From Trichoplax adhaerens (Eukaryota > Animalia > Placozoa), in NCBI RefSeq assembly GCF_000150275.1, contig NW_002060944.1:1784911-1848910 (forward strand): DNA of 64,000 bases, written 5' to 3'. The first letter of the stretch is position 1. The number at the start of each line of letters is the position of its first letter. A program made the position numbers and the translations under genes. The notes under the pieces were generated by a model. That model was given only the letters and a program-made list of their open reading frames with translations, made no database searches and was not told the origin of the DNA. This document shows positions 25,828 to 41,872 of this stretch, in pieces.

Positions 25828-28800
25828 ATGGGGCGACGATCAACATCAACTACTAAAGGCGGCCGTTACATGAATCCTACTGATCAAGCGCGTAAGATTT
25901 CTTTTGAGACTAGTCTTAAAATTAACATAAAATTGATACGAATACGTTAATTAATTGAGGCACTTTGCTAGATTTTACTTGGTATTTCAAATTATGCTAC
26001 AGTATAGTGAACGTTTAATTGTATTATAACAATAATATATCGTAATCATATACGCTCATATGATATATATTGGTTATTTGTTAAAATTTGAGGAAAATTT
26101 TCTGATAATTATGAGTAATTTTGTGAGCTTTCTCGCTTAAAATCATATCTCACGCTTTTATTAGGCAAAGAAGCGAGAAAAAAAGAGTTAAAAAAGGTAT
26201 AACAAGTAATAACAATAGCTAAATTGCACTTAAGAAAATTGTAGTGAGTTACCAAAGTAAGCAACACACGAATCATATTCATTTAATTTCTGCAAAGATT
26301 TAGCCACAGTGCAGTCTACTCATTAGCCAAGATTAAAAACATGCATTTATGATCATACATTGTCACTGTCCTTTAAATTATTCTACGACTCTATAAGGCA
26401 ATAATTATATTTTGAGAGGCGTAGAACTCGATGGTGATGAAACTTACGCTGAATGTACAACCTACAGTACTGTACTGTACTATACATACATACTTTCATT
26501 ACAGATACATGAATTTACCTATTTATCCTTAATATTGCAATCTACACTGAAGTTCGTAGAAATGCTAGTACATGCGCTTGTGCATTTCATATTCATACAT
26601 ATGTTACTTACTTCCTACACCTTTTAAGGCGTTCCTTCTTAATTATATGTACAGTACAAACCAGTTTTGCTGATCATAGTTTAAGTTAAGTATGATTCTG
26701 CGATAGCTAGCTGATGTAATTCTGCTTTACTAGAATAAGAAGCAACGAAAATTTGTGCGAGAAGCTGTATTGAGGAGTAGGAACCCTAAAAGTATACTTG
26801 AAGAAATTGAAAAACTGGAGCAACAAGGTTTGTACTTGCAAAATTGTAGTCATTTTCTGAACAACCCTGGTTTCTGCGTTTGTAAAGATTAAATAGGGTA
26901 CCAGCTTGTGTGTGCAGATTTATTGGAAAGGTGCTCAATTACATAGGACACGCATTGTGTATACTCACGAATTTAAGGATTCAGTATGCTGAACTTCGGT
27001 AGCATAGTATAGCTACTGAGTCGTTGTGTATAGGATTACTATAAATACTGTGTGTAAATGACTAACTGATGTAGATAAAGCTGCATTCTACGATTAAAAT
27101 TTATGAATTAATAGATAATTAAAATTGAAGTACGATGTTAATTGCGATATCTTATATGAAAATCACCTTCGTTCAGTGCCAAATTATTTAAATGTATAGA
27201 GCAAATCCTTATCGTTAGTGTTTCTAATGCTATAGCAATCTTTTTACATTTTAATAGAATTAGAAGCTGGACTGACGGCTGCATCAAACGATAAACCATT
27301 AAAAGAGAAAAGGAGAAAATTGAAAGAGTGTTTTGATAAAACTATAAAACTGTTCGTTAGTATCTTATCTCTATAATAATCAATAAATTATTAATAGCTA
27401 GTGACAGAAATATTAAAAACATAGCGAAAATAGCTATGACGATAGCAAGTGCTAAAGATTTTCAGTAAAAAATTTATAGCTTTTAGGTGGTGGCATATAG
27501 AGTATTATGTGCATAATCCTTGCACTTAAAGAATGCTGTTTGCTAGCCAATGTATTGTACGATTTTAATTTTAACCTATCGACTGCCATCCTACAGGAAA
27601 AGGAAGACCCTGACCGATATAACGAGTACAAAAGGTAACGAGTTCATTGTACTTGATTCTGTGAATTACTTTAGCGTTACTTAAGAAATTCATAGATATC
27701 GAAATTACAGTATATTGCTATCATACTCGAATACATTACAGGATGGAACTAGAATATGAACAACGGCGAAAGAAAGTAATATATTGCTATGGTAAGCTGT
27801 GGAAGATTTTTTTAAAATTTGCGTAGCTCTTTTGATACTAATATGTAATATAATGATACTTCCTTACTTAAAAGAATCTAAGCGCAAAGCAATGGCTCTT
27901 CCTTTAGATGATATTCCACTTCCTGATACAGTAACCGGTAAATTGAAGACTTAAATTTTTCTTACTCTTAAAATGCTACTAAGGAATGCCTGTCACGTAT
28001 GATCTATCGCACTTAATTTCATAAATTATGCACATATATGTAAACATTTAGATAACGACGTGCTCTCTGATGATATTCCTTTACCAGAAGAAGAATATGA
28101 GCTGAGGTAACTATAGCAATAATTAAAGTACAGATCTATCTCATTTTAATATTCAAATTCCTATTTCATTAGTGATGAACTAGCTACCGAAACGAATATC
28201 AAAGCTTCTAATGTAAGAAGTGCTGACGCTGAAGATCATGATGACAGTAATGATGATGACGACGAGAGCTCTAGTAGCGATTCCAGTGATAGTACTAGCC
28301 CACTCGATGAAGATCTATCAAATAAGTATATGAGTAATATATTTCATCTTGCTGAGCGATAATACGGTATCCCAATTAATATTGCTATGCAAGGCGTTTT
28401 GACGAATACTTTTTATGATATATGCAGAGTTTACGATGAAGTTCAAGGAGATCCATCCAGTAAGTTTCCACTGAGCTTTGATGATAAAACAAGCAAATTG
28501 AGCGATAATAACGCTGGGAGAATCCCAACAATTATTCCTGGTCCGCCATCACATTTCTTGGCGACGTTATCGCGGCCTCCATTCATGCCACAAATACCTC
28601 CAGGTCTCCCAAACCGCTTACCGCCTGGCCCTCCTCCTGGACCTCCACCTACTAATATATTACGGCCTGGAATGCCTCCACCAATGGCCACTTTTATGAG
28701 AAATTCACAACCATCATTAACTTTACCAGAATCGGCAACTCCTCAACCATCTACTACTAGCAATACTGATAGATCCGATGATGCACCAATAGACCTCAGT

Positions 28801-29064
28801 TGTAAAAAGAATTCAACAAGTGCAACTATTAGTGCTAAGCCTCAGTTGCGTAGTAATACATCTGAAGTAAAAAAATTTGTTCCACTGTCACTACGCGTTC
28901 GTAGAGATCAGGCTATAAAGCAGCAAGCGATGAAACCAATAGTCCAAAGTAGTATTTCTACTATGCCTGTAGCTACCTTGAATCAGTCCTCAAAAAATTC
29001 CAATAAGTTTTCTACAGATGTAGCATATGCAGACTTTATGAAGGAAATTCAAGGCCTTTTGTAA
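25828..29064 (+). CDS. WBP11: WW domain-binding protein 11 (splicing factor, SIPP1/NpwBP)
   Basis: MGRRSTSTTKGGRYMNPTDQAR|KEARKKELKK|NKKQRKFVREAVL..., proline-rich RLPPGPPPGPPP, ATISAKPQLR...KFVPLSLRVRR, and C-terminal YADFMKEIQGLL*. Confidence 0.96.
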
Positions 29065-30991
29065 ATACATTTTAGAATAAAGGCATCGTTGTTTTACCTA
29101 GCAGAGTGCAATGCATATTCTAGTGCTACTATTTTAATTTCGCTCTTCCGTCTAGAAGTTTTCGAAAAGTACGTTACCGTTGATAACTAACCAAGTAATT
29201 ATGGTGTCAAGCTGCTATACGTTAATAACTATAATAAAAGACGATTACTGAATATTTAGCTTATTTCAATACAAATATTGTGTTATGATATTGAATATAT
29301 AGTAGCGGAGCATTACTGCTTGAATCGATTGCACCTTAATAGACTAGAACTGATTTTTAGGAATAGAATTCATTCGTCTACAATTGCTAGTAACTTACAG
29401 GTAGTCGTTTGATTTATATAAGCATTTCGTAATGAATAATCCCCATTTCTTTCATGTAATGTGCAGCATATAAATATGTGGCTTAAAAGCTTTATAGGTA
29501 AATGTATTAATGTAATATTGACTATAATCAAAGACCGTCAGGCGACACGATAATTTTTGATACAGATCTCTCTCACTATTCTCACCAGGATTAATAAATA
29601 ATGATAGATTAAATCGCCTCGCTCATACTTGATTTTAAATGTATGAAATTAAGATCCAAGTTGTTAGAACAGCAATTAATGAACTGCTAAAATAATCTGC
29701 TTTAATTTGACAAAATTAAAATTTATTACGCCCCAACAGTCTTGCACCAATTCTCACTATATGCCAGATCAAAGGATTATAAGAACCTTTGGCCGGAGCT
29801 ATATGAAAGTAATATGTAACTCACTCATGTAGGAGTACAGTAGTTACATTGCAAGTACTTATCATTTAGATTGATAAGTTTTCAATTAAAGCCTGGAAGA
29901 TACAGCAACTTCCATTATACTAGATCGACACTGAATCTATAAGCTACAAAACAAATTGCATGCACGTATGAGCGAGCAAGTATTATTTAGTATAATCTAT
30001 AACATTACTTGAAGCTATTGTACTATTTTGTATCCAGCATACAGCTGTAAGTTGGATACTTCATCCAAAGTATAATTTGGATAGCAATAAAGTGCTAATA
30101 AGATATCCTTTAGCTAAAACAATCAAGTAAACTGGATTTCAGATCCTAATACAGTACAAGCAGAATATAGTTTATTTATTAAATATCATGGTATCTATTC
30201 GAACTTACACATCCAGCACTTACTAGTGCTGATTCAGATTATTATAGTAATAGCGTAAGTAGACATCAAATATTTAATGATGGATTTAATATATATACGT
30301 AAGGCTAATGCATTTTACAAGATGACTCTTGAGTCATCTTACGACTATTGTTCCAAGATATTTAGGAAATAAATAAGAAACATTAATTTATAGTAGCATT
30401 GCGTAACTACTATATAGATCGTTTTCATTTCTAAAATTATTATAACCACTTGCGCTATACAAGTGGCAGTCAGTAATTCAGTTATATTAATACAAAACCA
30501 ATCAATAGATTTAGTTGAGCCAGCTCTAAAGAGTCATTCTATACCTTTACTCATGTCAGTTACTGCAGTTAATATTTATAAGCATTTTAAGGGATTACTT
30601 AAATGTCTTTGGTGAAGCAATATTAAGATCAAATTAATTAAAGTAAGCTATTGCGAGTAAAGGTATAACGCCATGATTGTCGTCCTTACTTTAGAACTTT
30701 TGTAATATGTAAAAATGTAATGATTTATATATATCTGCATTAAACAAACTATTAATCCTTCAGTTCGTTCGTATTAAATTAAAAAATAAAACGACTACAT
30801 AGCCACTTAAAATGATGAAACTTAATTAATAGAATCAATCAGATGATTTCGAAAATATCATGATTTCCGAGAAATATGAATATAATCACATATGTAATGT
30901 AATAAATATCGTATTCAAATAAGGCGATAGTCTCAATGAAACTTAACGTTAATTCAACTATTATACTAAACATTCATGATTAGTGGTACAC

Positions 30992-34957
<3,966 letters not shown>

Positions 34958-35457
34958 CTTTTTTTCCCCCTACTGTTAGAGCAAAATGCATAGACTGAAT
35001 TAGTTTGTGACTATTAATAAGTTAGGCATTTACTATTTATAAATGGAAGATAATCACGATTGTATTAACCGTAAGATACCTTTCGGCTATAATCAGTACC
35101 AATATGTACTTATCCCTAACGCACGTCTCTTTGATCACTTTTCAGCACCGTGAACGTTTAATTCAGTAGTAAGATATAAAAAGCACTATAACTACAATTC
35201 AACATTAAAAGTTCAGTACAAGTGTACAGTAGTCGTGAAATAGTGTTTAAGCCAATAATTACGGCGCTTTCTGAATGCTGCTTGTACTTCGATGATCAAC
35301 CTTGCCGAGATAACGATACTTCGATACTAAGAGAAATTTACCAAAGTTAGGATATTGAAATAAGTTTACAAAACAATGATCTCGTAGTTAAAGATAATAA
35401 TAATAATAATAAAAATAAAGATTGCCAAGTTTCTAATGCAAAATATCGACGTCACTC

Positions 35458-35472
35458 GTTGCACATAGCAAC
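35458..35472. promoter_or_regulatory. RFX X-box-like palindrome upstream of FOXJ1
   Basis: GTTGCACATAGCAAC fits the GTNRCC-N0-3-RGYAAC X-box with one mismatch. A second X-box-like site (CTTGCCGAGATAAC, 35301-35314), a CRE-like GACGTCA (35448-35454) and an ATTGG/CCAAT box (35501-35505) are nearby. Confidence 0.6.
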
Positions 35473-35716
35473 AAAGTCATCAACAGTAAGCAAGCATGTG
35501 ATTGGCTGAAATTTTCGACAAAATATTATGCAGTTACAGCCTTGGTTGCTAAAAATAATAATAATATGTAATAATATGGGAGTTCACTTCATAGAGATAA
35601 AAGAAAAAGCTAGCTATAGTTCATTTGTTATCAAGAGTACTGTCAGGCCAGGGATTTCTAAGATCTTCTTCACAAAAGTATTCCCCCCCTCCCTCAGTCA
35701 CTTTGCATTGAAACGG

Positions 35717-35743
35717 TTAAATTAATTAATTAATTATTAATTA
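35717..35743. repeat. Short imperfect (TTAA)n palindromic microsatellite
   Basis: TTAAATTAATTAATTAATTATTAATTA, lying between the FOXJ1 X-box region and array 4. Confidence 0.7.
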
Positions 35744-35779
35744 ACTGTAAATTAAAATACTCCTGAAACAGTCCTAGTG

Positions 35780-36388
35780 CACAGTACCTTACACCTGTAC
35801 GGTACTGTACAGTACTGTACAGTTAGTGTTATGAATATCTTTTACATTTTACTGTAAAAGACTATACAGTAGTACTGTACAGTATATCACAAAAGTCTAC
35901 AGTATAGTACTGTACTGTACAGTACAGTACAGTACAGTACTGTACTGTACAGTACGTGTGTCAATCTGATACTGTACAGTATCAGTGTACTGTACTGCAC
36001 TCTACAGTATTAACTTACTGTATTTTAAGTTCTCACGAGCGAGTGCTACAGTACGGTACTGTACAGTGTACAGTACACTAATCACTATTATTGCAAAAAA
36101 GTACGGTGTACAGTACCGTACAGTGTACTAGTAGTACAGTACTGTACATGCGTCGAGAAAAATTTCTTTCCGTTATGTCGATCATTTAATACTGTACAGT
36201 ACAGTACAGTAGTCCCTGTTTCATACAGTACAGTATGACACAGTATACTGTGCAGTAACAAAAATTGCTTTCTGTTCATCTCGATCATTTAATACTGTAC
36301 TGTACTGTACACTACTGTAGTCCCTGTTTCATACAGTATGACACAGTATACTGTACGGTGTACTTTACAGTACTGCACATACCGTACT
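35780..36388. repeat. GTAC[A/T] pentamer array 4, in the FOXJ1/MRTF divergent gap (contains a ~100-bp tandem duplication)
   Basis: Example: AGTACTGTACTGTACAGTACAGTACAGTACAGTACTGTACTGTACAGTAC (35906-35955). Smaller patches occur at ~36655-36670 and ~36855-36970. Confidence 0.95.
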
Positions 36389-36675
36389 TAGCAATGATCC
36401 CCGTGATTTGATTTGGTCTTCTTTTAGAAAGCTGATAAGCAGATTTTCGAAGTAATCCGGGCATGGTGATAATAAATTCGGCAAAATTTCACTTAAACTC
36501 AGGCGGAATCAGCTTGCAAGATTCGAGTCCTATCGTCTTAGCTTTTTAAACTGTTTAATTAATTAAGAACACATCAGCAAGTCAACAGTAACTCGGCCCA
36601 AAGCAATATCCGTGCTTTACTAAAGTATCAAAGTCGCACCAAGAGTTCAAGTTGCTGTACAGTACAGTAGAGAAT

Positions 36676-39600
36676 ATGAGTTTCTCATATTTCAGTAGCT
36701 ATGACGTGAATGAGAACATCAACCAATATGTTTCACCCGAAGGTTGTCAAGGAACATCAAATCAGTGCCAGCCTTCAAGCAAGAACAATTTTGATCAAGT
36801 TCGACATGGCAAGTATATTATGCAATACTCTAATTTTAAATTGTAATTAATATTGATACAGTATAGTACATACATATTGTATACTGTATACAGTACATAG
36901 GGGTGGGTATACTATAATAAATAATTACTGTATACGCGGTGCAGACTAGTGCGACTGCAGTACAGTGGTACAGGTGTATCATGGCGAAAGTATGCTGCTG
37001 TGCTGTAACATCAGGAAAGATCGAAATTGCTGCAATACTTCCTTCACGATACTTACGATCTAAATGAATAAACTTAAGTAGAATAACGTTCTATCTAGAC
37101 TTGCTGAACTAGCCAAGCACTATGAACAAAGTATTACAGTATTGTTCACTGTTCAGCACTCACACTCCGATAGATACTGTAAAACATAGAAAAACTAAAC
37201 TAAAATCGTACAGGTAACCTACGATTCTTTTTTAATAAGAAGGCAATTCAGTAACTCGTATGACTCATTGTTTAATAACTTTAAATTGAGCGAAAATAGA
37301 GGGTGGCCTTTTTTATTATAAAGTAAATTTACATTCGTTATTAATTTGACTAACTCCATTCAAAGGTACATTTTGAAAGTACTGTAGTAACGATATTCAT
37401 TGCACGTCTATTCATATTACAACTTACAAGTTCGTAAAAATAAGGATGATAGAACTTTTCTCTGTAGACAGGAGTACCTGCATTCGTTACGTTTGAATGA
37501 TTATAATTGATAAAGATAGATTTCTTGATAAGGAATGGCAATATTTTATCCTATTGGCATGTATTTAACGACTTATACAGACTTACCATGTGCGCTTAGA
37601 TTGTATAGTTTTGTGTACTGTAGTATTCGAGTTAATTAACTACAAACGTACTCATGGCAGGCATGACTAGAAAAATAAAAATTTTATTTTCTGATATAAA
37701 TACTGCAAGATTGTTTCAGACAACCACGCCTTGTTTCGATCGCTTACTACTGATCTTCATTAACTAAGTTGAGTGCATTTAGATAATATCAATGTTAAAC
37801 ACCTGGCGAAATTATTAAAATCAGCTTATAAATGCTAATTGCCCAAACGGTTCTTACTAGAGTAACAATTGGTGATTTCGTAAGATACATGCCAGTAAAT
37901 TGCTACTTTATTTGAAGGGTTAATATTTTTTCTGGCTGATACAAGTAACTTAATAGCTGATGATGTGTCTGTTGTTATATGATACTTATTTTTATTTTAA
38001 TAAATCATGCTTTCCCAGAGCTATACTGAGCCAGATCGTTAATGTAATACAGTATGAACACGTAGTGCCTCATCCCTAGTCTGCTATTTTTTAGTTATGT
38101 ACATTTCTTTAATTAATTAAGCAAAACGTGCTGTATACAATAGAACTGTAAAGTGTAGATGAACATCCAAATATTCGTATCAGAATGTGACTCGTATGCT
38201 GTGCCCTTTACAAAGCATGCAGTAGTTTTATCATGGCAAGTTGGCGTACGTCCTAATCTTACGTCTTAATTTTATTAAGACGTAAAATATAGGACTAAAT
38301 CGAAACAACGATGATTCATGATCACTCGTGTTTATCGTCTTTTTTTGTACAGTATTGTATTATTAACATTGTTGTATTTACCTTCAAAGAACTATTATTC
38401 GCTAATTATGTCCTATCCATGTAATATAGATCGATTTTACTTTAGATTTGAAAACTCTTTCTCACATAATCTTTCCAAAAATTCTTCATATACAGTAATG
38501 TACGTATATCGTAACATTGAATCCATGGCTAGAGAGTCTGTAATGGAGATAACGGACTTACTAATGGGAAATTTGATTGTACAGTATTAGTTCTTCCTAC
38601 GGATCGTCTACTGATTTTACTATTGGTGTTTACTTTAGTATTCTAAAGTAGTTATTATCAACCATGCTCAATAAGAGCTAAGATCTTATAATGATCATTT
38701 TAAAATTCATTCGTACGTTTAACGCTAACTTAAAGTAACTTTCAATAATATGCATAATGCAAGTTTTTAAAGAAGTGCACAGAATGATAGAGCAGTACTG
38801 TACTGTAGGCTACTATCTAGCATTCTGCGAATTTATAATCATAAATTAATCATTACCATCTAAATTAATATTTAGATTTAGATCAACGTTTGCGCGATAG
38901 ACAACCACATAATAACTTGGTTGAACATGGAATAATACCTCGTAAGTACTAGTAGTCTTTAAACTAAACTTGATAAGAGAGATTAATTTTCGGCTTGATT
39001 TCTCAAGTTTTTGTCCTGTTTTCCCTTGTAATCTTGACATTCCACCTACTTAAAATAGTTTGAACCAAAATGGTCTAAATACTGGATGATACAACAGAGA
39101 TCGAAAAATTTTGTATAACTTTTTAACTTTATTGTATATTTCCTACAATCTGTAAGCTCGCGGAACCAGCGGATCAGTATTTGTAGCTGCTAGGAAGTTA
39201 CAGCTAATGAAAGTATGGTTCTTTTCCTTAATCTTTACTGATTTTCTATTGTTATAACTTTATTATGCGAAAAGAATATCTGATCTCTTCTTACATACAT
39301 ACTGATTCCTACGGTATAATTTTTAATCGTGGATTCTTAGACAAAAGATACTTTGAATAGGAGGATTAGCAACAGACCACAGAAGAAAGACTTAATGCAG
39401 AGAAACATATTAGAATGTACGTTCAATGTCTATTTCGGTTAAATAATGAATTTTTAACAGGTATTACTGTCATATCCTGATAGTATTACCGTATCATTGC
39501 AAATTGCAGTATGTGATACCTTCGTTAATTTTGGATCTCGTAGCCATCTCGTAATCTTCTAGACCTTAATCTATTATGCTTCAAGAAATATATTTTGGTG

Positions 39601-41872
39601 ATTATATGTGTATTTATGTAAATATATTCATTTTTATTAGCCGGTAGGATTGATCCAACGTTACAAGCTAACAGTAAAAAATTAAAAAGGTTACAAATAG
39701 TCAATGAACTGAAAAGCTTCATCAGAAACCGACCAACACCTGATAAACTTATCGAGGACAATATCTTACAACCTGAATTTTTAAACAACTTGCATATCAA
39801 TTCATGCCCTGACTCCCAATCAAACAAATTACAGAACATTGGACGTGACGAAAATTTCGATACCTCAGAATCTTTTCGATCATCACCATTTTCCGACTTT
39901 TCTGAAATCGAACAAAATCCTGTTAACAATCCTCACGATAGACTGATTGTAACTCCAGATGTGCCATATCCAGAATCAGATTTAAATGAGAATAGTAATA
40001 CACAGTTGTCTACAGGTCCATCTGAACATGGCTGTGTTGGTATTGATAGATCTGTGATGTCTAATTTAAGAAACCAAATTTCGACTATCAATGTAGGAAA
40101 TATCCCCTCCTCTAATTCACAGTATGTTGGTATTGGTGAATCTCCTCCATCTCAGCAATCCTTAAGCATATCCTCCTTTGATAGCACTTATTCTACAATG
40201 GATCATCGTCACCATAATGACAGTAACGTTATTTTGTGCCAACGGCCAAGATCATTTTCTAATCGCGATGATCTTTCTAATCCTATAATCACCTCTAACG
40301 CTAATTATTACGTAAGACACTCCCCAAATAACGCTGAAACTGTAACTTTATCGAATCAGTCAATACATAATCCATCTAAGGCTACTAATGTAACTCTTGA
40401 CAGTATCAATCAATTTTCTGAATTTTCTCAATGCCACACTAACGCTCATGTCAACAACAGATCCAATACATTAGTCTCTAGAGCCTCGTCAGGTGATCTA
40501 CATACGCGTAAAATAACTCACACTCAAGAAAATGGCCAGATGAATCACACGTCTCGATCAAGAGGCAAAAAAGGCCAAAAGAAAAATCAGAAAGAGTTAA
40601 AATATCACTTTGCGCAAGGTACACTAATTAAAGATCATCAAGCAAAAATTATATTTACAAATGAAAAGCCAAAGTTAAAAAAGGCACAATCTTGCTCTAG
40701 TATTAAGACACAAGCGCCAGTTGAAATCTCACTTCAATCTTCAGCAATTTTATCTCCTAATTGGCATAACAATGTTACTCAAAGAATTGCAGAACTAAAA
40801 ACGTCTGTAGGAGTAGCTGGTAATTCTCTTTCATAAATATAAAATATCTATTTTCCGCAAGATTGTATTATTTTGCTACCACTATTTTAACCTCATTAAT
40901 GATTACGACAGATGGAACAGATATCAATTTATTGCAAGTTGCAAAGCAAAGCCATAATCAACACGGTAAGAGATTCCTATTTTTATTTTTTGCGCTTGCG
41001 AAATGTATTATACATTCAGCTTAGTTGCATTAGTATGGAAATAAGACAGCCTTTGCTTCCAACTAGGAAATTCATCCAAGCTTCATGAAATAATTAATAC
41101 CTCAGCTGGTGATAATTCACAACCATCGCCTTTAGATCGATCCGAGGTGTTACCTTTATTTTTCAAGAATACATTGTCTGATAACTATCTGAATCAATTA
41201 CATCGAGATACAATTGTGCAGCCAAATCTTGAGGGTAATACTCATATTAATAACGGTACTTAGAATCGTCCCCCCCCCCCCGTAGTTCTATATCATAAGT
41301 GCACCTTGCTTTATATTTGCGGAAATACTACCGTATTCACTTTACTTCGGAATTAATCACGCATATTAAATTATAGTTATAACCTAAACGATTCATGTTG
41401 CTTTGATTGCATTTAGGAAGTTTCAATTACAATGAAAATGTACCTAAAGACGTAATTGCTGCTCGGGAGTTTCACTCAAATCAGGATTCAATTCAAGTTG
41501 ACTTTAATGCAGAAAATAATCAGTGTTCTACAACGAATGCAGCATCTTTTACTTTATCTAATGACGAAATTTATGATAATGAGGTAATTCACCTATCGTA
41601 TATATAAATAAAAGTTAACCGGTTATTAATATAGTAAGAAGATTTCATAGTATGCAATAACTTAGAATGGATAAACTTTTACCTCTCAACCAGGCGGAAT
41701 TTGATTTAGAAACTATAACCGACGGCATAAGCTGCGACTTTCAAAGAGGTAACGATAAGAGTTATACATATTCGATGTATTTCATCTTTCTGAAGTTATC
41801 TTATCTCGCTTATCTATTTTGTTAGAGTCTTATAGAGACGATTTGCACGAACTGATGCATGAATTAAACTGA
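36676..41872 (+). CDS. Myocardin-related transcription factor (MRTF/MKL family): three RPEL motifs, basic box, degenerate SAP
   Basis: Exons 38876-38941 DLDQRLRDRQPHNNLVEHGIIP (RPEL1), 39156-39211 PRGTSGSVFVAARKLQLMK, 39341-39416 TKDTLNRRISNRPQKKDLMQRNILE (RPEL2), and 39641+ SGRIDPTLQANSKKLKRLQIVNELKSFIRNRPTPDKLIEDNILQP (RPEL3). Basic box KKGQKKNQKELKYHF at 40567-40611. First exon 36676-36808 and the acidic terminal exons are inferred from splice phase. Confidence 0.85.

Noticed and set aside
28443-28691. Gly-rich minus-strand ORF (and antisense ORFs 31505-32194, 39525-39929, 58860-59132)
   Set aside because: Antisense shadows of real exons (WBP11 proline codons, FOXJ1, MRTF, CCDC57).
41269-41281. 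Poly-C run in an MRTF intron
   Set aside because: Isolated homopolymer with no supporting structure.
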